A stretch of DNA of 64,000 bases from NCBI GenBank assembly GCA_037447295.1, contig JBBIGZ010000009.1:8400-72399 (forward strand). The letters are read 5' to 3'. The stretch comes from Chloroflexota bacterium (GTDB lineage Bacteria > Chloroflexota > Anaerolineae > Anaerolineales > Villigracilaceae). Shown here in pieces: positions 35,517 to 45,699 of the stretch. The notes beneath the pieces are model-generated. The model was given only the letters and a program-made list of their open reading frames with translations. It was not told the DNA's origin and did not search any database. How positions within the stretch are numbered: the first letter of the stretch is position 1; the number at the start of each line of letters is the position of its first letter. Made by a program: the position numbers and the translations under genes.

Positions 35517-36548
35517 TTAGATCGTTGCTTTCAGGCTCAAGTGATAGCGCTCACGGATATTTGGCAATAGATATTCCTCAAAAAAGCGATCGACATCGTA
35601 TTGAGGTTGCCAACCCCAATCGGCGCGTGCTGCCGAATCATCCACCGCGGCCGGCCAGGAATCCACGATCCCTTGACGGCGCGGGTTCGGCGCATAGGTG
35701 ATTTCTGCTCCGGGGAAAGCCCGCACAGCCCACCGACGGAAATCTTCCGCCGCAAGGCTGAAGCTCCCCACATTGTAACTGCAGCGCGAAAGGCGTTCGA
35801 GTGGAGCATCCATCAGCATCAGGATCGCTCGCACCGCATCCGGCATGGCCATGAAAGGTAAGCGGGTCTCCGCATCCACGAAACAGGCATAGGGCTTGCC
35901 CTGGGCGGCAGCATGGAGCATCTCCGGACCATAATCGCTCGTCCCCCCGCTGGGAACCGTGAAGGCGCTGATCAGACCGGGGAAGCGCAGCGCACGGAAA
36001 TCCACCATGGCCGGCGGATGCGCATCAAGATGCTTCTGTCCATAGTAATGGGAAAAATATCGCCCAAGATGTTCCCCGCTCAGCTTATGGCAACCATAGA
36101 GTGTATGGGGTTCGGTCCATTCGTCCTCCCGGACGGCGACCGTTTGCTCCTTCACCTTCCGATCCGGCAACCCATAGACGGCGATCGAACTGGGAAAGAA
36201 GAATTTCACGGCCCGACCGCGGCGCTCAGATTTGCGCGCTGCCAGCAGCAGCAATTCAAATGTGCCATCTACGTTGACACGATGAGCTTCTTCCGGCAGG
36301 ATTTCTGTCTTTGAGGATAAAAATGCCGCCAGGTGGAAAATGCCGTCAAAGTCCATCTCATAGAGTCGCTTGATCCGCAACAACAGATCTCCCTGGATAT
36401 GCTCCTCCACCAGCGGCTTCAACTCTTCTGGCAAAGGCGCCAGGTCCAAGGTCACGATGCGAACGTTTCCCATCTTCCCCAGCTCCTGCACCAATGCCTG
36501 CCCGATCTCACCACATGCTCCGGTCACCAGCACAGTTTCTTTTGCCAT
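35517..36548 (-). CDS. NAD-dependent epimerase/dehydratase (extended SDR; L-threonine 3-dehydrogenase-like)
   Basis: 343 aa. Contains VLVTGACGEIGQALVQEL and YGCHKLSGE (YxxxK). AAGGAG ribosome-binding site. Confidence 0.75.
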   Translation of the reverse strand: MAKETVLVTGACGEIGQALVQELGKMGNVRIVTLDLAPLPEELKPLVEEHIQGDLLLRIKRLYEMDFDGIFHLAAFLSSKTEILPEEAHRVNVDGTFELLLLAARKSERRGRAVKFFFPSSIAVYGLPDRKVKEQTVAVREDEWTEPHTLYGCHKLSGEHLGRYFSHYYGQKHLDAHPPAMVDFRALRFPGLISAFTVPSGGTSDYGPEMLHAAAQGKPYACFVDAETRLPFMAMPDAVRAILMLMDAPLERLSRCSYNVGSFSLAAEDFRRWAVRAFPGAEITYAPNPRRQGIVDSWPAAVDDSAARADWGWQPQYDVDRFFEEYLLPNIRERYHLSLKATI

Positions 36549-36605
36549 TGCATTCTCCTTATGCTAGAATGGGTTCGCTTGTATTTTACAACGCTTTTCT
36601 GCAGA

Positions 36606-36611
36606 TAGGAT
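36606..36611 (+). promoter_or_regulatory. candidate -10 (TAGGAT) in leaderless geometry
   Basis: TAGGAT, then 6 nt (gcggcc), then the ATG at 36618. An alternative extended -10, TGcTAGAAT at 36562-36570, would give a 40-nt leader with no Shine-Dalgarno. Confidence 0.35.
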
Positions 36612-36617
36612 GCGGCC

Positions 36618-37361
36618 ATGCAGCGGAAAGTATTCTGGTTTCTTTTTATGACCTGGGCGCTCGGTGCCTGCCTGAGCACTTCTCCGCCGCCTAATCTGCC
36701 TGCCCCTTTGGCATCGCCCACAGCGAGTCAAACACCGACCCCGATCTGGTTTCCCCCAACCCCAACCTTTACTCCTCTACCGATACAGACGGCCACTCCT
36801 ACTGCGGATTGGTTCAGCACGGTCAACGGCATATGGCTGACAGATAGTTTCACCGACCCACAAGCCTGGACCATGCAAGGGGGCATTAGCCTGCAGAATG
36901 GCTTTTTAGTGCTGGCCGCGCAGCCAACTTTTAACCTGGTTACCATGCGTAATGCCCCCACTTTCGATAATTTCTACCTGGAAGTAACCGCCGAGCTCAG
37001 CCTGTGCCGAGGCGAGGATCTCTATGGCGTGCTCTTCCGCTCCGAGGCAAAAGGCGCCTATCGGTACGGCCTGGATTGCAAGGGACAGGTGCGGCTGGAT
37101 CGCTTGAGTGGCGGACTTCGCTATCCGCTATACCTTCCCACCCTAAGTGGGGATGTACCACCTGGCTCTCCTGGCATCGTGCGCCTGGGCATCTGGGCAA
37201 AGGATCGCACCTTACGATTCTTCCTCAACGGTCGCTTTCAGTTCGAGGTCCAAGATGGGACGCTCAGCCGCGGCCTGATCGGCTTCTTCGCCCGACCGGC
37301 CGGCGATACCCCCCTTACAGTCCGTTTTGCTAATCTGGTCGTCTATTCCCTTCGCCCGTAA
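36618..37361 (+). CDS. lipoprotein with a concanavalin/LamG-like (DUF1080-like) domain
   Basis: 247 aa. Lipobox WALGAC, a Pro/Thr-rich linker, then a beta-rich domain (FYLEVTAEL ... GVLFRSE ... LRFFLNGRFQFEV). Confidence 0.55.
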   Translation: MQRKVFWFLFMTWALGACLSTSPPPNLPAPLASPTASQTPTPIWFPPTPTFTPLPIQTATPTADWFSTVNGIWLTDSFTDPQAWTMQGGISLQNGFLVLAAQPTFNLVTMRNAPTFDNFYLEVTAELSLCRGEDLYGVLFRSEAKGAYRYGLDCKGQVRLDRLSGGLRYPLYLPTLSGDVPPGSPGIVRLGIWAKDRTLRFFLNGRFQFEVQDGTLSRGLIGFFARPAGDTPLTVRFANLVVYSLRP

Positions 37362-37400
37362 GAAAATTTAGAGATCGGCACCGCGGATTGAAGATGACAC

Positions 37401-37409
37401 TGGTATAAT
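37401..37409 (+). promoter_or_regulatory. candidate extended -10 (TGgTATAAT) for the ABC operon
   Basis: TGgTATAAT lies 100 nt upstream of the ATG at 37509, which has AGGAGGAG as its ribosome-binding site. Confidence 0.4.
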
Positions 37410-37508
37410 AAAGCACACCTTCGCCGAAAGGAGGTGAAACCTATTCCCGATCTCCCATCTTGCTCATTTCCGTTCCATTCCCCGGTCAACCTTTCTTAGG
37501 AGGAGAGT

Positions 37509-39287
<1,779 letters not shown>

Positions 39288-39310
39288 TCCTCTTTGAGAG
39301 TCAAACCACT

Positions 39311-39340
39311 TGCAGGATGGTGGTTCGCCACCATCCTGCA
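39311..39340 (+). promoter_or_regulatory. intercistronic 13-bp stem-loop with a UUCG tetraloop
   Basis: TGCAGGATGGTGG-ttcg-CCACCATCCTGCA is a perfect stem. It lies 24 nt after the SBP stop and 19 nt before the permease ATG. No T-tract follows it. Confidence 0.6.
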
Positions 39341-39358
39341 CCTTTACCAGGAGTGAAG

Positions 39359-40441
39359 ATGATCTGGCAATATGCCCTGCGTCGCCTAGTAGCTTCCATC
39401 CCGGTACTTTTCGGCATTCTGCTGGTCACGTTTGCGCTGGCGCGTCTCATCCCCGGCGATCCATGCCGTGCCATTTTGGGGGAGAAAGCCACGCAAGAGG
39501 TCTGCGATCGCTTTATCCGCGAACATGGTCTTGACCGGCCGATCCCGGTGCAATTTGGCATTTACATCAAAGAAGTCCTGCGCGGCGAATTCGGCTCGTC
39601 GATCCGCTATGGGCTTCCAATCACGCGCTTGCTGATCGAGCGTCTGCCAACAACCATCGAACTGAGCCTGGCAGCGCTTCTGGTCAGCATTCTGGTAGGC
39701 ATTCCCCTGGGGGTTATTTCTGCCGTTCGGCATAATTCTTGGGTTGACGTTTTGACCATGCTCTGGGCGAATATCGGCGTCTCGATGCCGGTTTTCTGGC
39801 TTGGATTGATCCTGGCCTATATCTTTTCCTTGCTCTTGAAAGATACTCCTTTCTGGCTCCCCCCTTCCGGCCGCCTGAGTGCCGGCATGATCAGCACGCC
39901 GTTTTACGAGGTTTGGGAATGGAGCCTCCCTGAAAGCGGTTTTCTCCCGATAGCCGCTAAATTCTTATCCAATCTGCACATCCTGAATGCTCTCCTGACC
40001 CGTAACTGGGCTCTGTTAAAGGATGCCATACAGCATCTGATCCTGCCGGCGCTGGCATTGGGGACGATCCCGATGGCGCTCATCGCCCGTATGACCCGCT
40101 CTTCGATGTTGGATGTGTTGGGCCAGGATTACGTGCGCACAGCACGGGCAAAAGGTCTGCCGCAGTCCATCGTTGTGCTCAAACACGCTTTCCGCAATTC
40201 TCTCCTGCCCATCACCACGGTGATTGGGCTCTCTCTGGGAAGCCTGCTGGGCGGCGCCGTGCTGACTGAAACGATCTTCGGCTTTTCCGGCGTCGGGCGC
40301 ACGCTCTACGATGCGATCACCGCGCGCGACTATGGCATCGTCCAGGCCTTTACCGTGGTGATCGCCATCTTCTTTGTCATCATCAACCTGTTGGTGGATA
40401 TTTCCTACGCCTATCTCGATCCTCGCATTCGATTGGACTGA
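39359..40441 (+). CDS. ABC transporter permease (DppB/OppB-like)
   Basis: 360 aa from MIWQYALRRLVASIPVLFGILLVTF, with AGGAG at 39349. Has the BPD_transp_1 EAA-loop region. Confidence 0.9.
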   Translation: MIWQYALRRLVASIPVLFGILLVTFALARLIPGDPCRAILGEKATQEVCDRFIREHGLDRPIPVQFGIYIKEVLRGEFGSSIRYGLPITRLLIERLPTTIELSLAALLVSILVGIPLGVISAVRHNSWVDVLTMLWANIGVSMPVFWLGLILAYIFSLLLKDTPFWLPPSGRLSAGMISTPFYEVWEWSLPESGFLPIAAKFLSNLHILNALLTRNWALLKDAIQHLILPALALGTIPMALIARMTRSSMLDVLGQDYVRTARAKGLPQSIVVLKHAFRNSLLPITTVIGLSLGSLLGGAVLTETIFGFSGVGRTLYDAITARDYGIVQAFTVVIAIFFVIINLLVDISYAYLDPRIRLD

Positions 40442-40447
40442 TCTCCG

Positions 40448-41389
40448 ATGACGGCCACTTCCACTTCTCTAGACGCTGAAGGACTTTCATTACGCTCCGT
40501 AAGTCTGTGGCATATCACTTGGCGCCGCCTTTTCCGCCGCCGTTCGGCGATCGTCGGGATGGTAATCCTGGGCATTTTGAGCCTGATCGCCCTGACGGCC
40601 CAATGGATTGCGCCCTACGATCCCTATCAGGTGTTGATCGGCGTGGAGCCGGTGCAGCGGCGTGAGAAGCCATGTATTCACCTGCTCGGTTGCCCAAAGG
40701 ATAAGCCACAGCACATCATGGGAATCGACGGTAACGTGCGCGATCAGTTCAGCCGCATTCTCTATGGAGCGCGCCTGAGCCTGATCATCGGCTTCGCCAC
40801 GGTGACCTTTGCCATCGTCATCGGCACGGTATTGGGAGCAGTGGCCGGCTATTTTGGTGGTTGGCTGGACAATCTCATCATGCGCGTGATGGACGTTTTG
40901 TTGGCCTTCCCGGCGCTCCTGCTAGCAATTGCCATTGTCACCGTGCTCGGGCCAGGATTGATCAACGCGTTGATTGCCATTGGCATTGTCTCCATCCCGG
41001 CCTATGCGCGCGTGGTGCGCGCCAGTGTGCTCTCGGTGCGTGAGATGGATTACGTTTCGGCCTCGCGGTCGCTGGGAGGAAATACTTTCCATATCCTTTT
41101 TCGCCGCATCCTGCCCAATGCGCTGACGCCGCTGATCGTGCAAGGAACGCTGGGGATTGCCTCGGCGATCCTGGATGCGGCCGCGCTCTCCTTCCTGGGC
41201 CTGGGCGCACAACCCCCAACGCCGGAATGGGGCTCGATGCTGGGTGCGGAACGCAACCAGATCTTCAGCGCTCCCCATCTGGTCTTCTTCCCCGGCCTGG
41301 CGATCATGTTGACGGTGCTGGGCTTCAACCTGCTCGGCGATGGCCTACGCGATGCGCTCGACCCGCGCTTGGCGCATGTGAGTGGCTAA
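40448..41389 (+). CDS. ABC transporter permease (DppC/OppC-like)
   Basis: 313 aa with the OppC-type N-terminal TM segment and a binding-protein-dependent transport core. Confidence 0.9.
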   Translation: MTATSTSLDAEGLSLRSVSLWHITWRRLFRRRSAIVGMVILGILSLIALTAQWIAPYDPYQVLIGVEPVQRREKPCIHLLGCPKDKPQHIMGIDGNVRDQFSRILYGARLSLIIGFATVTFAIVIGTVLGAVAGYFGGWLDNLIMRVMDVLLAFPALLLAIAIVTVLGPGLINALIAIGIVSIPAYARVVRASVLSVREMDYVSASRSLGGNTFHILFRRILPNALTPLIVQGTLGIASAILDAAALSFLGLGAQPPTPEWGSMLGAERNQIFSAPHLVFFPGLAIMLTVLGFNLLGDGLRDALDPRLAHVSG

Positions 41390-41490
41390 AAAGTTCTCGG
41401 TCGTCGCTTCCGCCTGCTGCAACTGCTTGCCCATCGTTTGCGACCGCAACATACGCTTGTTTTTCGCAATCGCCTGCCATGCGATCTTCT

Positions 41491-41525
41491 CCACGGTCCA
41501 TTGTCTACCATCCACGGTCCACCGA
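41491..41525 (+). repeat. tandem heptamer array G, 5 units
   Basis: Units read ccacggt ccattgt ctaccat ccacggt ccaccga. The array ends 45 nt before the ATG at 41570. Confidence 0.85.
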
Positions 41526-41544
41526 TCTCAGCCGGCAGGTTTCG

Positions 41545-41553
41545 TGTTAGAAT
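41545..41553 (+). promoter_or_regulatory. candidate extended -10 (TGtTAGAAT)
   Basis: TGtTAGAAT lies 17 nt before the ATG at 41570. AGGAG at 41560-41564. Confidence 0.4.
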
Positions 41554-41569
41554 TGAGATAGGAGTGCCT

Positions 41570-42160
41570 ATGAGCGAGATGGTTGAGGTCATTGTTGATA
41601 GCGTACGCGCCAGCCTGATGTCCCCTCAACGGATTGTCGTGCTGCGCGAGATCGGCGCGGAGCGCTATCTGCCGATCTGGGTCGGCCCCTATGAGGCAGA
41701 GGCCATCACAATCGCATTACAGGAACAGGAAGTGATCCGCCCCTTGACCCATGATCTGCTGAAAAACGTCTTCGGTGTGCTGAATGCGCGCATTAAGCGC
41801 GTCGAGATCGTCTCCTTGCGCAACGATATCTTTTACGGGAACATCGTGGCCGAGGTCAACGGTCGGGAGGTCAATATCGACTCTCGCCCTTCGGATGCCA
41901 TTGCCCTGGCCTTGCGCGCCAAAGTGCCGATCCTGGTCGCACTGACGGTGATGAACATGGCCAGCATCACCCCTGAAGAGGGAATGGAGCAACGCGCAAC
42001 GCCCCGGCCCTCCTCTCCTTCTCTTGAACCTCCCCCCCTAAAAGAGGGCGAGGAAGATCGCCTTTCCATCTTTGAAGACTTCCTGGAAAAGCTGGATAAG
42101 GGGGGAGAGGACGAGGAGAAGCCCGATGAGGAGGACCCGAATGCGCCTCAAAAAAAGTGA
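41570..42160 (+). CDS. bifunctional nuclease (BFN/DUF151) family protein with an acidic tail
   Basis: 196 aa. VVLREIGAERYLPIWVGPYEAEAITIALQ ... RPLTHDLL ... DSRPSDAIALALR is the DUF151 signature. The C-terminus is Glu/Asp-rich. Confidence 0.75.
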   Translation: MSEMVEVIVDSVRASLMSPQRIVVLREIGAERYLPIWVGPYEAEAITIALQEQEVIRPLTHDLLKNVFGVLNARIKRVEIVSLRNDIFYGNIVAEVNGREVNIDSRPSDAIALALRAKVPILVALTVMNMASITPEEGMEQRATPRPSSPSLEPPPLKEGEEDRLSIFEDFLEKLDKGGEDEEKPDEEDPNAPQKK

Positions 42161-42184
42161 ACGCTCCACGGGCCTTTCCTCAAC

Positions 42185-42230
42185 CATCCGCTAATGACTC
42201 CATCTCGCGCACATTAGCGGATGATTTTGT
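42185..42230 (+). terminator. probable intrinsic terminator
   Basis: CATCCGCTAATG (42185-96) and CATTAGCGGATG (42212-23) form a perfect 12-bp stem with a 15-nt loop, followed by ATTTTGT. Confidence 0.55.
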
Positions 42231-42233
42231 CGT

Positions 42234-42261
42234 TAGACAGTAGACGGTGGACGGTGGACAG
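42234..42261 (-). repeat. tandem heptamer array H, 4 units, inverted orientation
   Basis: Units read tagacag tagacgg tggacgg tggacag. The array lies 116 nt upstream of dnaB. Confidence 0.8.
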
Positions 42262-42286
42262 ACCCATCACCCGATCATCTGACTAG

Positions 42287-42350
42287 GCGACGAAGCGACC
42301 ACTCAACCATCCGACCACGCGACGAAGCGACTACTCGATTACCCAACTAC
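42287..42350 (+). repeat. diverged 32-nt tandem duplication upstream of dnaB
   Basis: gcgacgaagcgacCactc (42287-304) and gcgacgaagcgacTactc (42319-336). In addition, aacCatccgacca (42305-17) recurs as aacTatccgacca (42361-73). Confidence 0.75.
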
Positions 42351-42376
42351 ATGAGTGAGTAACTATCCGACCAAGC

Positions 42377-43735
42377 ATGACCTCCCCTTCCCTTGAAACC
42401 GGCGTTCCCAGCATTCCCCATAGCCGCGAAGCCGAAGAAGCGGTGATCGGGGCGATCCTGATCAACCCGGAGGCTTATTACGACGTAGCCTCTTTCCTCC
42501 AGCCCGATGATTTCTACATCCATCGCAACCGTTGGATCTGGGAAGCCTTCACCCGCCTGCACGAACAGCGGCAGCCGATCGATCTCCTGACGGTGGCCGA
42601 AGAGCTGGATCGCATGGGGCATTTGGAAGAGGTGGGTGGTACCGCCTACCTGACGGCACTGATGAATCAGGTGCCGACCTCGCTCCATGCTGAAGCCTAT
42701 GGGCGCGTGGTAGCAGCCCATTCCATCCGCCGCAAGATGATCCAAGCCGCCAATCAAATCGCTTCCCTGGCCTACGATGAGGAGCAAGGGGTTGAACGCG
42801 TCCTGGACGAGGCCGAGAAAGCCCTCTTTTCGGTCAGCGAGCGCCGCCTGCGCCACGACGTGCGCCCGATCTCGGCGGTGCTCAGCGAGTACTACGACCG
42901 CATTGACGAGCTGGCGCGGCGACCGGAAGGCATCTACGGCGTGCCGACCGGTTTCATCGATCTCGATCGCCTGCTGGCCGGCCTGCAGCCTTCTGACCTG
43001 CTGATCGTCGCCGGTCGCCCCGGCCAGGGTAAGACCGGTTTTCTGCTCTCCATTGCACGCAATGCCGCCCTGCTTCACAAAAAACATGTGGCCATTTTCT
43101 CGCTCGAAATGTCCAACGAGCAGCTGGTGCAACGCTTGATCGCCCAAGAAACCGGGATTGACTCCCAGCGCCTGCGCACCGGACGCCTGACCGAAGATGA
43201 ATGGCCACTTTTTACCCACGCCATCGAGGTCTTCTCCGATACGCACATCTTCCTGGATGATACACCGGCGATCACGCCGCTCCAGTTGCGCACGAAGTGT
43301 CGCCGGTTACACATGGAATATGGCCTCGACTTGATCATCTTAGACTATCTGCAGCTGATGGGTGGCGATATCCGCGCCGAAAACCGCGTGCAGGAAGTCT
43401 CCTACATTTCGCGCAATCTCAAAATCCTGGCGCGTGAGCTGAACGTGCCCGTGCTGGCGGCTGCCCAGCTTTCGCGCGCCGTTGAGCAACGTGCCGATAA
43501 GCGCCCGGTGCTCTCCGATCTGCGCGAATCCGGTAGCTTGGAACAGGATGCGGATATCGTCATGTTCATTTACCGTCCCGATCAATACGAGAAGGATACA
43601 GCGCGCAAAAACATTGCCGAGATCATCGTCGCCAAGCACCGCAATGGCCCGGTAGGGACCGTGGAGTTGGTCTTCCTGCCCTCACTGGCAAAATTTGAAA
43701 ACGCCGCGACTCGCATGGTGAACCCGAATGAGTGA
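42377..43735 (+). CDS. dnaB: replicative DNA helicase
   Basis: 452 aa. N-terminus IPHSREAEEAVIGAILINP, Walker A GRPGQGKTGF, Walker B IILDYLQLM, and RESGSLEQDADIVMFIYR. No intein. Confidence 0.95.
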   Translation: MTSPSLETGVPSIPHSREAEEAVIGAILINPEAYYDVASFLQPDDFYIHRNRWIWEAFTRLHEQRQPIDLLTVAEELDRMGHLEEVGGTAYLTALMNQVPTSLHAEAYGRVVAAHSIRRKMIQAANQIASLAYDEEQGVERVLDEAEKALFSVSERRLRHDVRPISAVLSEYYDRIDELARRPEGIYGVPTGFIDLDRLLAGLQPSDLLIVAGRPGQGKTGFLLSIARNAALLHKKHVAIFSLEMSNEQLVQRLIAQETGIDSQRLRTGRLTEDEWPLFTHAIEVFSDTHIFLDDTPAITPLQLRTKCRRLHMEYGLDLIILDYLQLMGGDIRAENRVQEVSYISRNLKILARELNVPVLAAAQLSRAVEQRADKRPVLSDLRESGSLEQDADIVMFIYRPDQYEKDTARKNIAEIIVAKHRNGPVGTVELVFLPSLAKFENAATRMVNPNE

Positions 43736-44375
43736 TCGTCCTTTTGAGGGTTTCTCTTCTCAGGAAACCTTTACTCCCCTGCCGGACACCTTCTTCCGCC
43801 AATTGCTGGCCCAGATGGACGATCTGGATGAGCTGAAGGTGACGCTCTATGCCCTTTGGCGCATTCAAAACATGCAGGGAGCGGTGCGCTTTCTGCGAGA
43901 GGAAGATTTTCAGTCCAGCGGGGCGGGAGATCTTCGCCACGGCCTGGAACGTGCCGTCTCACGCGGGACGTTGCTGCGGGTCGAGCATGAGGCGGGGCGC
44001 TTTTACTTTCTCAACTCGCCGCGCGGCCGTTTGGCGGCAGAAGCGCTTCGGAGCGGGCGCTGGCATCCGTCCTCGTCCACCCCTCCTCCACCCCCTCCGC
44101 TCAACATCTTCCGCCTATACGAGGACAATATTGGCCCCCTCACCCCTATCCTGGCCGATGCGCTACAGGATGCCGAACGGACGTATTCTACCGAGTGGGT
44201 GGCCGAAGCGATTGCCCTGGCCGCAAAACGCAACAAACGAAATTGGAGATATATCGAAAGCATTCTGAAACGTTGGGAGGTTGAAGGCCGTGCCCAAAAG
44301 CAAGATCGAGGAGAGCCTGGAACGGATCGCGGCGCGCATGTCCGCCGAAAAATTGACGAGTTCCTCCGTAAATAG
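43728..44375 (+). CDS. DnaD-domain replication protein
   Basis: 215 aa. The C-terminal IFRLYEDNIGPLTPILADALQDAERTYSTEWVAEAIALAAKRNKRNWRYIESILKRW matches the DnaD/phage-associated domain pattern. It overlaps the dnaB stop by 8 nt. Confidence 0.7.
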   Translation: MSDRPFEGFSSQETFTPLPDTFFRQLLAQMDDLDELKVTLYALWRIQNMQGAVRFLREEDFQSSGAGDLRHGLERAVSRGTLLRVEHEAGRFYFLNSPRGRLAAEALRSGRWHPSSSTPPPPPPLNIFRLYEDNIGPLTPILADALQDAERTYSTEWVAEAIALAAKRNKRNWRYIESILKRWEVEGRAQKQDRGEPGTDRGAHVRRKIDEFLRK

Positions 44376-45699
44376 AAGCGACCTGCCCGGAGACCCAAAC
44401 TGTCCACACTGCCACGGCCTGGGCTATTTGCGCGCCGATGTGCCTCCGGGGCATCCACGCTTCGGGAAGCTGGAGCCCTGCGTCTGTCGCACGCGGGAGA
44501 TCACGCAGGAAGTACACCAGCGTCTATTCGCCCTTAGCCGATTGAGCGAGCTGAGCCAAATGCGCTTTGAGACCTTTCAGCCAAAAGGGCGCGGCGGGCT
44601 TTCCCCTCTCCAGGCGCAATCGCTGGAGATGGCACTCAACCAGGCACAACAATTCGCTCATTGCCTGGATGGCTGGCTGCTGCTGATGGGAGGCTATGGC
44701 TGTGGCAAGACGCACCTGGCGGCCGCGATCGCCAATTTTGCCGTCGAGCACGGGGTGCCGACGCTCTTCCTCACCGTTCCCGATCTGCTCGATCAGTTGC
44801 GCTTTGCCTACGAGGCCGAAGAGACTACGTTTGAAGAGCGCTTCGAGGAAATTCGCAATGCCACGCTGCTGGTGTTGGATGATTTTGGCACCCAAAATGC
44901 CACTCCTTGGGCACAGGAGAAGCTCTTCCAGATCGTGAACTACCGCTATACCAACCGCCTGCCCACGGTGATCACCACCAACCTGAGCCTGGATGAGATC
45001 GAACCGCGCATTCGCTCCCGTTTGCAGGACCCGGAGCTGGTCACCAAAGCGATCATCCGCGCCCCCGATTATCGCCGCCCGACGAGCGATATGGGACACC
45101 CGGAACTTTCCTCCCTGGATCTCCATGCCGGTCAAACCTTTGAGACCTTCTCTATGCGGGAGGATGAGGAACTCGATGCTGAGGCCAGGCGCAGCCTGAA
45201 GGAGGCACTCAAAGAAGCGGAAAAATTTGCCCGTCAGCCGCGCGGCTGGTTGGTGTTGACCGGGGATTACGGCTGCGGCAAGACGCATCTGGCGGCAGCG
45301 ATTGCCAATCAGCAGGCGCGTTCGGGCGATCCGCCCCTCTTCATCATGGTGCCCGATCTGCTCGATCACTTGCGTGCTACCTTTAGTCCTTCCAGCCCGG
45401 TGACCTTCGATCGCCGCTTTGAAGAGATCCGCACCGCTCCGCTGCTCATCCTCGATGACCTGGGCACCCAATCCATGACCCCCTGGGTGCGCGAGAAGCT
45501 AGCGCAGCTCTTCAATTACCGTTACGACGCCATGTTGCCAACCGTGATCACCATCGCCGCCGATGCGCTGGGGGAACTGGATATGCGCATCCGTAGCCGC
45601 CTGCTCGATGAGCGACTGGTGAAGATCGTGGCGATCACCGCGCCGCCCTACCACGCCCGCAAAACCGCCCGGCGCAAAAAGAAGACGGAAGAACGGTAG
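44338..45699 (+). CDS. tandem-duplicated DnaC/DnaI/IstB-like AAA+ ATPase (putative helicase loader) with an N-terminal Cys4 motif
   Basis: Two complete modules. Module 1 has GGYGCGKTHLAAAIAN and LLVLDDFGTQ. Module 2 has GDYGCGKTHLAAAIAN and LLILDDLGTQ. The N-terminal motif is CPHCHGLGYL ... CVC. The start is uncertain: ATG 44338, GTG 44290 (with GGGAGG at 44275-80) or TTG 44281. All three overlap the dnaD-like gene. Confidence 0.75.
   Translation: MSAEKLTSSSVNRSDLPGDPNCPHCHGLGYLRADVPPGHPRFGKLEPCVCRTREITQEVHQRLFALSRLSELSQMRFETFQPKGRGGLSPLQAQSLEMALNQAQQFAHCLDGWLLLMGGYGCGKTHLAAAIANFAVEHGVPTLFLTVPDLLDQLRFAYEAEETTFEERFEEIRNATLLVLDDFGTQNATPWAQEKLFQIVNYRYTNRLPTVITTNLSLDEIEPRIRSRLQDPELVTKAIIRAPDYRRPTSDMGHPELSSLDLHAGQTFETFSMREDEELDAEARRSLKEALKEAEKFARQPRGWLVLTGDYGCGKTHLAAAIANQQARSGDPPLFIMVPDLLDHLRATFSPSSPVTFDRRFEEIRTAPLLILDDLGTQSMTPWVREKLAQLFNYRYDAMLPTVITIAADALGELDMRIRSRLLDERLVKIVAITAPPYHARKTARRKKKTEER

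Noticed and set aside
35302-35520. 72-aa ORF downstream of the methylase remnant
   Set aside because: It has no ribosome-binding site, no motif and an odd composition. It is spanned by the inverted-repeat element at 35403-35499.
42161-42376. DnaA boxes or oriC upstream of dnaB
   Set aside because: The closest matches to TTATCCACA (for example CTATCCGAC at 42363) have three to four mismatches. There is no AT-rich unwinding element and no dnaA or dnaN nearby.
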